Source: Nitrosomonas europaea (GTDB lineage Bacteria > Pseudomonadota > Gammaproteobacteria > Burkholderiales > Nitrosomonadaceae). Taken from it: a stretch of DNA of 32,000 bases. The notes under the pieces are model-generated. The model saw only the letters and a list, made by a program, of their open reading frames with translations. It ran no database searches and had not been told where the DNA came from. Below, one piece after another: positions 19,156 to 27,719 of this stretch. The position numbers and the translations under genes were made by a program. The stretch is taken from the NCBI RefSeq assembly GCF_900167395.1, contig NZ_FUWK01000002.1:126797-158796 (forward strand). Reading direction: 5' to 3'. Position 1 is the first letter of the stretch; each line of letters starts with the position of its first letter.

Positions 19156-20073
19156 GTGAATTTTCAGCAACTCCGCATCATCAGTGAAACAATTCGGCAG
19201 AATTACAATTTGACGGAAGTGGCCAATGCCCTGTTTACCTCGCAATCCGGGGTCAGCAAGCATATCAAAGATCTGGAAGATGAACTGAACATCGATCTGT
19301 TCATCCGAAAGGGCAAACGCCTGACCGGACTGACCGCACCGGGCAAGGAACTGGTCAAAATCGTTGACCGCATTCTGCTGGATACCAGAAATATCAAACG
19401 ACTGGCAGAACAGTTCAGTCAGCATGACCAGGGTGAACTGACCGTGGCTACCACCCACACCCAGGCACAATACGCCTTACCGGATGTTGTTAGGCAATTC
19501 AAGGAAATATTCCCAAAAGTACATCTCGTACTTCACGAATCCAGTCCCGGCGAGATCGTATCCATGCTGCTGAATGGCCAGGCGGATATTGGCATCGCAA
19601 CCGAAGCGCTGGAGAGTACTTCTGAACTGGTATCGTTTCCGTACTATACCTGGCATCATGCGATCATCGTACCGGCAGAACATCCGCTGCAATCGATACA
19701 CCCTCTCACACTCGAAGCTGTTGCGCAATTTCCGATCATTACCTATCACAAGGGTTTTACCGGGCGTTCCCGAATCGATCAGGCGTTCTCTCGCGCGGAA
19801 TTGACACCCAATATCGCCATGTCCGCTCTCGATGCAGATGTCATCAAAACCTATGTCACTCTGGGTATGGGAATTGGTATCGTTGCATCTGTCGCATTTA
19901 CACCGGAACGGGATACAAAACTGATCAAACTGGATGGTTCTCATCTGTTCGAGCAGAATACCACCTGCATATCCATACGACGTAACCACTATCTGCGCGG
20001 ATACGCCTACCGGTTCATCGAGCTGTGCATCCCTTCACTGAGCAGAGATACCATCTGCTCAGAAATACAATAG
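19156..20073 (+). CDS. cysB: LysR-family transcriptional regulator of the cysteine regulon (CysB/Cbl type)
   Basis: GTG start. Collinear with E. coli CysB along its whole length: QQLR.I...NLT.VA..L.TSQ.G.SK.I..LEDEL, TVATTHTQA.YALP.V...F...P.V.L.LH..SP..I, TGRS..D.AF.RA.LTP.I...A.DADVIKTYV.LG.G.GI.AS.A. Confidence 0.88.
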   Translation: MNFQQLRIISETIRQNYNLTEVANALFTSQSGVSKHIKDLEDELNIDLFIRKGKRLTGLTAPGKELVKIVDRILLDTRNIKRLAEQFSQHDQGELTVATTHTQAQYALPDVVRQFKEIFPKVHLVLHESSPGEIVSMLLNGQADIGIATEALESTSELVSFPYYTWHHAIIVPAEHPLQSIHPLTLEAVAQFPIITYHKGFTGRSRIDQAFSRAELTPNIAMSALDADVIKTYVTLGMGIGIVASVAFTPERDTKLIKLDGSHLFEQNTTCISIRRNHYLRGYAYRFIELCIPSLSRDTICSEIQ

Positions 20074-20085
20074 AACGACTACTGA
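19990..20085. repeat. Direct repeat copy 1: the functional 3' end of cysB plus 12 nt downstream
   Basis: TATCTGCGCGGATACGCCTACCGGTTCATCGAGCTGTGCATCCCTTCACTGAGCAGAGATACCATCTGCTCAGAAATACAATAGAACGACTACTGA recurs at 21181-21272 with a few substitutions and two small indels. Confidence 0.85.
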
Positions 20086-20382
20086 TGCGAGATTGGCATG
20101 AGTCCATATTCCAGCGTTTCAAATGACTGATTGGTGCCGTCGTATAGCGTAAACTCTTACAGTTCGGCGCGTTCAGAACTTCATGGATGGTTGTCCGGCT
20201 GACACAGAAGCGTTCCGCCAGCTGTGTTATTTTCCAGAGTCAAATTTAATAAAGATGCAAAATTTCCTGATGATCCGGTAAAGTCAGGCATGTGCATCTA
20301 TGTACGTTCATCTGCAGTATTTTTCTGAATACTGTAAATAACACTAGAAATTCTTATATATAAAAGAAGAAGGGGAAATTGC

Positions 20383-21144
20383 GTGTTTAAAAGAGTCGGT
20401 ATTTTTGTTGCGCTCGTTACATTGAGTTTGATATTTAATCAACCCGCCACGGCTGGCAGAACCGTAGAGGATTTTCAGGTTTGGGGAAATATTACTGCAC
20501 TTGGTAATTTTGGCTTCGTCAATCCGGGCAACCCCGATTTGAAGAAATTCAGATGGTGGATGGAAGGACAGGGACGATTCGGTAATGATTCCTCACAGTT
20601 TACGCAGGCTATCATCCGCCCGGGTTTGGGCTATGCGATCACTGATAAAATCATCATCTGGGCGGGCTATGCCTGGATTCCCTCGGATGAACCGCTGGTA
20701 CCAAAGTCAGGGCTCCCGTTCGATGAGCATAGAATCTGGCAGCAGGTAACCTGGGCGGATGAATTTTCTTTCGGTAAATTGTCATTGCGCAGTCGCTTTG
20801 AGCAGCGCTTCTTTGATCACAATGCACCTGTTTCTGGTAGTGACGATGTGGCTTACCGTTTCCGTCAGCTGGTAAAACTGGCGATTCCAGTCGCCATGAT
20901 CGATCCCAATCTTACTTTTATCATTCAGAACGAATTGTTCATCGGGTTGAACACGGTTAGTAACCCGGGCTTTATTTCTCGCGGCTTCGATCAGAATCGC
21001 GCTTTTGTGGGTCTGGGTTACAAAGTTCATCAGAATGCGACCGTTGAACTGGGTTATATGAACCAATTCATTGACAGGCGCCATAATCCTCGTCCTGATC
21101 AAATGATGCACAATTTTGCAGTTAACCTGTTTCTGAATTTCTAA
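20383..21144 (+). CDS. Small outer-membrane beta-barrel protein (DUF2490-like)
   Basis: GTG start with a GAAGGGGA RBS. Signal peptide MFKRVGIFVALVTLSLIFNQPATA. Alternating amphipathic strands and a C-terminal ...AVNLFLNF. The DFQVWGN...RWWMEGQGRF pattern is recalled for DUF2490. Confidence 0.5.
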   Translation: MFKRVGIFVALVTLSLIFNQPATAGRTVEDFQVWGNITALGNFGFVNPGNPDLKKFRWWMEGQGRFGNDSSQFTQAIIRPGLGYAITDKIIIWAGYAWIPSDEPLVPKSGLPFDEHRIWQQVTWADEFSFGKLSLRSRFEQRFFDHNAPVSGSDDVAYRFRQLVKLAIPVAMIDPNLTFIIQNELFIGLNTVSNPGFISRGFDQNRAFVGLGYKVHQNATVELGYMNQFIDRRHNPRPDQMMHNFAVNLFLNF

Positions 21145-21180
21145 TATGCAAAGTCATTAATCCAGAGAGGTAATCACTAT

Positions 21181-21272
21181 TATTTGCGCGGATGCCTGCC
21201 AGTTCATCGAGCTGTGCATCCCTTCACTGAGCAGAGATCATCTGCTCAGAAATACAGCAGAACGATTACTGA
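21181..21272. repeat. Direct repeat copy 2: a decayed, out-of-frame copy of the cysB 3' end
   Basis: Aligns to 19990-20085. Differences are a 1-nt deletion (GATACGCC vs GAT-GCC), a 2-nt deletion (GAGATACCATC vs GAGA--TCATC), and TAG changed to CAG at the stop position. Homology ends at ...ACTGA on both copies. Confidence 0.85.
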
Positions 21273-21616
21273 AACCAGCTGGTCTTTTCCGGATTCTCGT
21301 TCGGAGTACGATTATCTGCATTGTCCGAGGTACGGTTATCTGTATCAGAAGGCCAGGAAGAAAATGGAAACGGGCGTTGTTCGCTGTTGAATGTCAGGAA
21401 CAGACTGATCTGGTAATCATACATTGCCAGCTGGCGGCCCAGTTTGAGCAGTCGGGTATTGGCCTGCCCGGTCAGGACAGTCGATCCGAGCTGAAACAGG
21501 GCCAGCAGCACGATCAGAAATTTCACACTCCCCTGGATAAACATGAACAGCAACATAAAAAGTACACGAATCCAGGTTTCAGTACTCTGCAATCGTTGTT
21601 TTACTTCGTCATTCAT
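21266..21616 (-). CDS. Small membrane protein, DUF4389-like
   Basis: Two hydrophobic helices (WIRVLFMLLFMFIQGSVKFLIVLLALFQL) followed by QISLFLTFNSEQRPFPFSSWP, as recalled for DUF4389. An alternative start lies at 21631. Confidence 0.5.
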   Translation of the reverse strand: MNDEVKQRLQSTETWIRVLFMLLFMFIQGSVKFLIVLLALFQLGSTVLTGQANTRLLKLGRQLAMYDYQISLFLTFNSEQRPFPFSSWPSDTDNRTSDNADNRTPNENPEKTSWFQ

Positions 21617-21666
21617 AAAGTGATGTCTCAAACGGGTTGATGAATTCGGCTATATATTTACTACTT

Positions 21667-23169
21667 TCAATCGGTGCGGGATTTGCTCATTCTTTTCTGC
21701 AGGATCTTTAGTATCTCCTGCAGAAAATGCATTGACCAGGTCACACCAAAACCGGTAACTTCCGTACCCACCGCACCCAGTCCATCCTGATGACGGCAAG
21801 CAGAAAGATCCATGTGCAGCCAGGGAATATCATTCACAAAATGCCGCAGAAAACAGGCGGCAAGAATATGGTCAGCTTCGCTTTCTATAGTGCACTGTTT
21901 GATATCAGCGATTTTACTGTCGAGATCAGCCTCGTAATCACTGTCCACCGGTAATACGCACACCCGCTCACCACTTGACCGGCCAACAGCCACCGCATTC
22001 TGCGCCAGATAATCCCGATTGGTGAAGACTCCGCTGTAACGTGATCCCAGCGCGGTAATCAGACTGCCCGTCAGCGTGGCGTAATCGATGATCAGATCCG
22101 GTTTTTCCCTGGCGGCAAGCGTCAGCGTATCAGCCAGCACCAGACGGCCTTCGGCGTCGGTATGAACGATTTCTATGGTCATACCATTCAGAGCGGTGAT
22201 CACATCGTTTTGCTTGAATGCCGCGGGACTGATGTGATTCTGTGCGATGGCAAGCCAGCAGTCGATATTGATCGGCAGATCGGCTCGCGTGGCTGCCAGC
22301 AGCACACCGAGCGCCACTGCGGAACCATTCATATCCTCATGCATGCCATACATATAGCGTGCCGGTTTCAGATTATGACCGCCGGTATCGAAGCAGATCC
22401 CCTTCCCCACCAGCGCAATCGTTTTACCGGTTTCCCCGTGCCCTGCGGTTCTGCGCAAATGGACGATCGCTGCATCGTCCGTGAGGCTGCCCTGGGCAAC
22501 GGCACTGAATGCACCTGCTCCCAGTTCGCGCAATCGGGACAGCTCATATTCCTCATATTGCCAGTTCTCACTGGCGGCCAGCTTTCTGATCTGCTCGCGG
22601 TAAGTTCTGGGTGTCAGTTCATTAGGTGGCAGAATGGTCAATCCTCTGGCAAGAAAATTTCCCTCTGCCTGCGCACATTGCATGGCAAACCCGGTGGAAT
22701 CCACTATCCCGTGCAGGCAAATTCGCTCCAAAGGCTTATCGTCCGGCTTACGCTGCTTGCGTACCGGCAGAATTGCTCCATTGACCCAGGCAACATACAC
22801 TGCAAGCTCAGCCAGATGACGCCTTTGAGCATCATCCCCATAAACAGCGAGATGGATTTCGGCCGGATGTTCATTCAGCAGCAATTGCATGGCCTTGCGC
22901 AGACTGGTCTGCTGCTCGAACAGCGATCTACCGGGATCCACCATCACCCAGGCATACAACCCTCCATGCTGCAAACTGGCCGACAAAGGCGTTTCAGCCA
23001 GCCGGTTTACCGGTATACCCTGCCGTTGCAGCAAATCATTCAATACCTGCTCGGCAGGCAATTGATATTTCCCGGGGATTTTGTCTGTCTTGGGAAAGAT
23101 AATCAGTAAGTGAGAAGTCCGGGTTGATTCGTCGAAAGTGTTATCGTTTTGTATAAGTGTGGCGAGCAT
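21667..23169 (-). CDS. M17-family leucyl aminopeptidase
   Basis: M17 motifs VGKGICFDTGGHNLKP and HTDAEGRLVLADTL (NTDAEGRL signature). The start is trimmed to MLATLIQ...; the ORF is open up to 23220. Confidence 0.85.
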   Translation of the reverse strand: MLATLIQNDNTFDESTRTSHLLIIFPKTDKIPGKYQLPAEQVLNDLLQRQGIPVNRLAETPLSASLQHGGLYAWVMVDPGRSLFEQQTSLRKAMQLLLNEHPAEIHLAVYGDDAQRRHLAELAVYVAWVNGAILPVRKQRKPDDKPLERICLHGIVDSTGFAMQCAQAEGNFLARGLTILPPNELTPRTYREQIRKLAASENWQYEEYELSRLRELGAGAFSAVAQGSLTDDAAIVHLRRTAGHGETGKTIALVGKGICFDTGGHNLKPARYMYGMHEDMNGSAVALGVLLAATRADLPINIDCWLAIAQNHISPAAFKQNDVITALNGMTIEIVHTDAEGRLVLADTLTLAAREKPDLIIDYATLTGSLITALGSRYSGVFTNRDYLAQNAVAVGRSSGERVCVLPVDSDYEADLDSKIADIKQCTIESEADHILAACFLRHFVNDIPWLHMDLSACRHQDGLGAVGTEVTGFGVTWSMHFLQEILKILQKRMSKSRTD

Positions 23170-23267
23170 TGGTTTCCGGCCGGGTGGCACTCCCAAAAAG
23201 CCCACCGGCATCATTGTCAAAATAACGTTGTATTATATCCGCTTGATTCACCCTTTCAGGATTATTC

Positions 23268-24062
23268 ATGTATCAGTACCTCGACCTGATGCGACATGTG
23301 TTGCAATACGGCCATAAAAAGAGTGATCGCACCGGCACCGGCACACTCTCCGTTTTTGGCTATCAGATGCGCTTTGATCTGCAAACGGGTTTTCCGCTGG
23401 TGACAACCAAGAAATGTCATGTCAAATCGATCATTCATGAACTGCTATGGTTTCTGCGCGGCGAAACCAACATCGATTACCTGAAAAGAAACGGGGTTTC
23501 CATCTGGGATGAATGGGCAGATGAAAACGGTGATCTGGGCCCGATCTACGGCCATCAGTGGCGATCCTGGGCAGCTTCCGACGGCACTGTCATTGACCAG
23601 ATATCGCAAGTGATCCAGCAAATCAAAGAAACACCGGACTCACGCCGGATGATCGTCTCCGCATGGAATGTAGGTGATCTCGACAAAATGAAGCTCGCCC
23701 CCTGTCACGTACTGTTCCAGTTTTACGTGGCGGATGGCAGACTCTCCTGCCAGCTTTACCAGCGCAGTGCCGATATCTTTCTGGGCGTTCCCTTCAACAT
23801 TGCCTCTTATTCACTGCTGACACTGATGATCGCACAATGTTGCGACCTGCAGCCCGGCGAATTCGTCCATACCTTTGGTGATGCGCATCTGTATCTGAAC
23901 CACCTTGAACAGGCGCGGTTGCAACTGGAACGCGAACCCAGAGCACTCCCAGCCATGCAACTGAATTCAACAGTCAGAAATATCTTTGATTTCGGATACG
24001 AGGATTTTACCTTGCACGATTATGATCCTTACCCGCCTATCAAGGCACCGGTGGCTGTATGA
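23268..24062 (+). CDS. thyA: Thymidylate synthase
   Basis: [13 protein letters not shown]....[18 protein letters not shown], catalytic Cys in [12 protein letters not shown]. 264 aa, as in E. coli ThyA. Confidence 0.95.
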   Translation: MYQYLDLMRHVLQYGHKKSDRTGTGTLSVFGYQMRFDLQTGFPLVTTKKCHVKSIIHELLWFLRGETNIDYLKRNGVSIWDEWADENGDLGPIYGHQWRSWAASDGTVIDQISQVIQQIKETPDSRRMIVSAWNVGDLDKMKLAPCHVLFQFYVADGRLSCQLYQRSADIFLGVPFNIASYSLLTLMIAQCCDLQPGEFVHTFGDAHLYLNHLEQARLQLEREPRALPAMQLNSTVRNIFDFGYEDFTLHDYDPYPPIKAPVAV

Positions 24063-24607
24063 CCATCCCGTCGCTTTCACCCCCCCGGCTGGCGATTCTG
24101 GCTGCTGTTTCAGCCAACCGGGTAATCGGGCTGAATAATACACTGCCTTGGCATCTGCCGGCTGATCTCAAGCATTTCAAGCAACTGACCACCGGCCAGA
24201 TCGTCGTGATGGGGCGCCGGACGTTTGATTCGATTGGCAGGCCACTGCCTGATCGTACCAATGTCGTGCTCACCCGACAACGTCACTTTAATCAGCCCGG
24301 TATCCTCACGGCAGGTTCGATACAGGAAGTGCTGGAGCATTTTTGTGGTGACGATCGGCAGATCTTCATCATCGGTGGTGCTGAAATCTATCAGCAGACG
24401 TTGCCGTTCTGCCAGCGTTTATATCTGACCGAGATTCAGCAGGATTTCGCAGGAGATACTTTCTTTCCGGAGTATGATCGTGACAACTGGCGGGAGATCT
24501 CCCGTGAAATGCATCAGGCAACAGATAGCGGCATCGAATATCACTTCGTGGTACTGGACCGCAAGCAGCCGGTCAATGCAGGTGCCTGTTCGACAGATTT
24601 ATCCTGA
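24059..24607 (+). CDS. folA: Dihydrofolate reductase
   Basis: ATGA overlap with thyA. Motifs are [46 protein letters not shown] and [10 protein letters not shown]. Confidence 0.9.
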   Translation: MTIPSLSPPRLAILAAVSANRVIGLNNTLPWHLPADLKHFKQLTTGQIVVMGRRTFDSIGRPLPDRTNVVLTRQRHFNQPGILTAGSIQEVLEHFCGDDRQIFIIGGAEIYQQTLPFCQRLYLTEIQQDFAGDTFFPEYDRDNWREISREMHQATDSGIEYHFVVLDRKQPVNAGACSTDLS

Positions 24608-24649
24608 CTTTGAACGGTATCGATCTCCCTGATCGGCGGTAAACGCTTA

Positions 24650-25897
24650 TCACAACGCCTTGCCTGCTTTTGGAGAAACCAGCGATTCAGCCTCGATTCG
24701 CACATGCCATTTCTCCATCCACTCACCCAGCGCTTCGGCCGGCATCGGTCGCGAGATGAAATTACCCTGTGCCAGATCACAACCGGTCTGGCGCAGTAAT
24801 TCCCAGTCTTCACGATCTTCCACCCCTTCGGCAACGGCTTCCATATTCAACTGCTTTGCCAGGGCCAGACTGGCATCATATATCGCGCGCAGTGTTTCAT
24901 CGCCCGAGGCCCGATGTACGAACCCCTGATCGATCTTGAGTTCATCAAACGGAATATCCCGCAATTGTGTCAGTGAGGAATGGCCGGTACCAAAATCATC
25001 GATAGACAAATGAAAACGTTTCAGACGCAAGCGGGTTAAAATCTCCAGCGAGACACGCACATCCCCCATCAGCTGGCTTTCAGTGATTTCCAGTACGATT
25101 TTGCCGGGAAGAATTTCAGCCTCGGCAGCCAGCCTTACCACAGCATCCTGAAAATCGAGCGATGTCAGATTATCCATCGATACATTGACGGCCACTTTCA
25201 GCTCATATCCGCTTTGCTGCCATACTTTCGCCTGGATGAAAGCCCGGCTGAGCACGGTGTGAGTCAGCCGGCCGATCAGACCGTTTTCCTCTGCCACGCC
25301 GATAAACTGATCGGGATAAACCATTCCATCCACGGGATGATGCCAGCGCACCAGCGCCTCGACACCGGCAATCACACCGGTATCGACCCGAACCTTGGGC
25401 TGGTAATAATTGATCAATTGACCGGAATCGATGGCGGTTCTGATTGTGTCGGCATCGTAGATCTTTCGGGTATTTCTTTCCCCGCTCCGCATGGATGACG
25501 GCACATCCAGCTTCATCAGCAGCATACGCAAACTTTCGGGTTGTACCGGCTTTTGCAGGTAACCCAGAATAGGGATCCGATGTGCCTGCACCAGTTTCTC
25601 TGTCGTTCTGAGCATTCGCTCATCCTCGCCACTGACGAGAATCAGGCTGCCGGAAAACTTTCGTTCGACCAGATGACGAACGAATTCGATACCATCCATA
25701 CCGGGCATGTTGAGATCCAGCAGAATCAGATCGGGCCGGGTTGCGACATCATCCAGCAACTTCAAGGCATCTACTCCGTTTTCACAACAAATGACGGATG
25801 AAAACCCCATATTCGCCAGCATTCGCATCAGCAGTTTCAGTATGAACGGATCGTCATCCAGGATCAGGATTCTGGTGGTAAATATGTCAGCCTTCAT
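24650..25897 (-). CDS. Response regulator with a REC domain and an intact EAL c-di-GMP phosphodiesterase domain
   Basis: REC: ILILDDDPF...DLILLDLNMPGMDG. EAL: YYQPKV...GVEALVRW, NVS, LEITES, SIDDFGTGHSSL, LKIDQGF, AEGVE, AQGNFISRP. All catalytic motifs are present. Confidence 0.88.
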   Translation of the reverse strand: MKADIFTTRILILDDDPFILKLLMRMLANMGFSSVICCENGVDALKLLDDVATRPDLILLDLNMPGMDGIEFVRHLVERKFSGSLILVSGEDERMLRTTEKLVQAHRIPILGYLQKPVQPESLRMLLMKLDVPSSMRSGERNTRKIYDADTIRTAIDSGQLINYYQPKVRVDTGVIAGVEALVRWHHPVDGMVYPDQFIGVAEENGLIGRLTHTVLSRAFIQAKVWQQSGYELKVAVNVSMDNLTSLDFQDAVVRLAAEAEILPGKIVLEITESQLMGDVRVSLEILTRLRLKRFHLSIDDFGTGHSSLTQLRDIPFDELKIDQGFVHRASGDETLRAIYDASLALAKQLNMEAVAEGVEDREDWELLRQTGCDLAQGNFISRPMPAEALGEWMEKWHVRIEAESLVSPKAGKAL

Positions 25898-26109
25898 TCT
25901 GAAAACCTCAAGTAAGAGTGCTTGGATGCACAGATGGATAACAGCTTAACCTGTCGATAAACATTGCGTCAGAATATCAATACTCCTGACACCGGCAAAG
26001 ATGACAATCTAAAACAGAATCAGCCCTGTTTCACTATATTCTCGAACACCAGCAACAATATATAAAAAGACGATATGTTTAGAACTACTGAAATATCCAT
26101 GCGCGCCGG

Positions 26110-26316
26110 GTGGTCAGTAATTCGGCTGGAGAATCGCCAATTATCATTGGATACAGGTTGCGTCTGATCTGTTACACCCGGCTGGGTCAACCTGCCAAAG
26201 CACTAACTACTTACCAGCGTTGCCGTCACACGTTTCTTTCTCATCTGGGCACCAGTCCCAGTCAGGAAATCCAACTTCTCTACCAGTCACTGATAACAGA
26301 TTTACGTACCGAGTAG
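26110..26316 (+). pseudogene. Remnant of the C-terminal end of a BTAD (SARP/AfsR-type transcriptional activator) domain
   Basis: YRLRLICYTRLGQPAKALTTYQRCRHTFLSHLGTSPSQEIQLLYQSL matches the last TPR-like helices of BTAD domains (...G....AL..Y...R..L..ELG.ePs.el..ly..l). There is no N-terminal wHTH domain, no ATG or RBS, and an in-frame stop 21 nt upstream. Confidence 0.45.
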
Positions 26317-26658
26317 TCCTGGTATTCCGGGTATGACGATCTCATACCACCCGCACTTCGGATAGATACTCCGTCAGGTAGCCTAAAATCAGGAAAGACA
26401 TCTTCTATAGATAGTCGATATGTCCACGTGACGGGTCATGCAAGTACCAGAAAAATATCCCTCCCGCCTTCTTGTCCTTTGACTATTTTCCAATCTGTAA
26501 CCGATATGTAACGCCTGGTTTGCCACAATCCTACCTCTTGTCATATTTCCGGGAATGAAACGGCTATCCGGATCTGTTACAGGAAATGAAATATGAAATT
26601 TACATTCAAGAGCGAATTAAACGCCTGATTCATAACATTCAACAGAGGAGAAAGTAAA

Positions 26659-27678
26659 ATGGAGCTCGAGTTCGGTTGTGGATTCCCCACACATGATTCT
26701 CATCCATTGCACCATCTGAAAAGGTCGTGCAAAACATTATCGACTGGAATAGCCTGGTCGATGGCCACCCTCGCATTGCTGCTACTGTTTTCCGGAACCA
26801 CAGCGGCAGCAGGAAATTTACACAACATCGTCATATATGCTGAAAGACTGCCCGGTAACCTCTATGGATACCGCATGGCCGGACACATAGTCAGACAACC
26901 GGATGGAACACAGATTGATATCACAAACCGTTATGTCACCAGTACCGCCACAATTCCGGGGCCGACCATCATTCTGGACGAAGGAGATATAGCCGACATC
27001 GAACTCCTGCATCAGTTCGATCCGCATACCCCCTTCCAGGAGCATGTCAGCCTGCATGTCCATGGTGTGCATTACGATCGGGAAAGTGACGGCACGCTGA
27101 AATACATCAATCTGTACAAGGATGAGAGTGCTGTTCCTCACCTCTCCTACGTTTATCGCTGGAATGCCGCACCCGGTACAGCCGGAACCTGGCCCTACCA
27201 TGACCACAACATGGAGAACCACAACGGAGCAGAGGACAAAGGTTTGTTCGGTGCTCTTATCGTTCGTTCAGCTGCGGAAGCCAGACAGGCCAAAACCAGC
27301 AGCAATCGGGCTCATGTTTCACCGAATGTTGCCAAGGATTACGTGTTCTACCTGGGTGACGATGCCTTCTGGGCCATGGAAATCGATAACGCCACCGGCA
27401 AACAGACTGCTCTGGGTACGAACCCTCCACTTACTGCACAGCGCAATACCAATGTCAGATTCCATCTGATTGCACTCGGTACCAACTTTCATCAGTTCGA
27501 ACTACCGAAGTATCAGTGGATCGATCCAGGCACACGCAACACGATCAACCGGAAAGTCCTCGGGCCACTCGAAAAGCACGTCTTTACAGTCAAAGCGACC
27601 CATTCCTCTCGCTACCAGGATACTGCCTTCGCCAGCAGATTACTGGGGATGCGGGGTGACTTCATCATCACCCGTTGA
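26659..27678 (+). CDS. Secreted two-cupredoxin-domain multicopper-oxidase-like protein. Domain-1 trinuclear-cluster histidines are intact; the domain-2 copper ligands are lost.
   Basis: AGGAG RBS lies 8 nt upstream. The signal-like segment is WSMATLALLLLFSGTTAAAG. HVHG (27055-27066) and WPYHDH (27196-27207) are present. The positions of HxxHxH and HCHxxxHxxxxM read NFHQFELPKYQW and AFASRLLGMRG. Confidence 0.75.
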   Translation: MELEFGCGFPTHDSHPLHHLKRSCKTLSTGIAWSMATLALLLLFSGTTAAAGNLHNIVIYAERLPGNLYGYRMAGHIVRQPDGTQIDITNRYVTSTATIPGPTIILDEGDIADIELLHQFDPHTPFQEHVSLHVHGVHYDRESDGTLKYINLYKDESAVPHLSYVYRWNAAPGTAGTWPYHDHNMENHNGAEDKGLFGALIVRSAAEARQAKTSSNRAHVSPNVAKDYVFYLGDDAFWAMEIDNATGKQTALGTNPPLTAQRNTNVRFHLIALGTNFHQFELPKYQWIDPGTRNTINRKVLGPLEKHVFTVKATHSSRYQDTAFASRLLGMRGDFIITR

Positions 27679-27719
27679 TCGCGCACATATTGATCTGTTT
27701 CTCAAATCAAGGAAAAAAA

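Noticed and set aside
18934-19989. Minus-strand ORFs of 178 aa (18934-19470) and 170 aa (19477-19989)
   Set aside because: Antisense to the desulfurase 3' end and to cysB. They have no motifs, and the plus-strand genes have strong homology-like signatures.
22162-23109. A 315-aa ORF on the plus strand
   Set aside because: It is entirely antisense to the M17 aminopeptidase gene, whose diagnostic motifs are unambiguous. The product is compositionally odd (Q/H/G/C rich) with no recognisable motif. This is the usual shadow ORF.
26166-26581. The 11-mer GATCTGTTACA occurs twice (26166-26176 and 26571-26581)
   Set aside because: Roughly a hundred chance 11-mer repeats are expected in 32 kb of random sequence, so this is not significant on its own.
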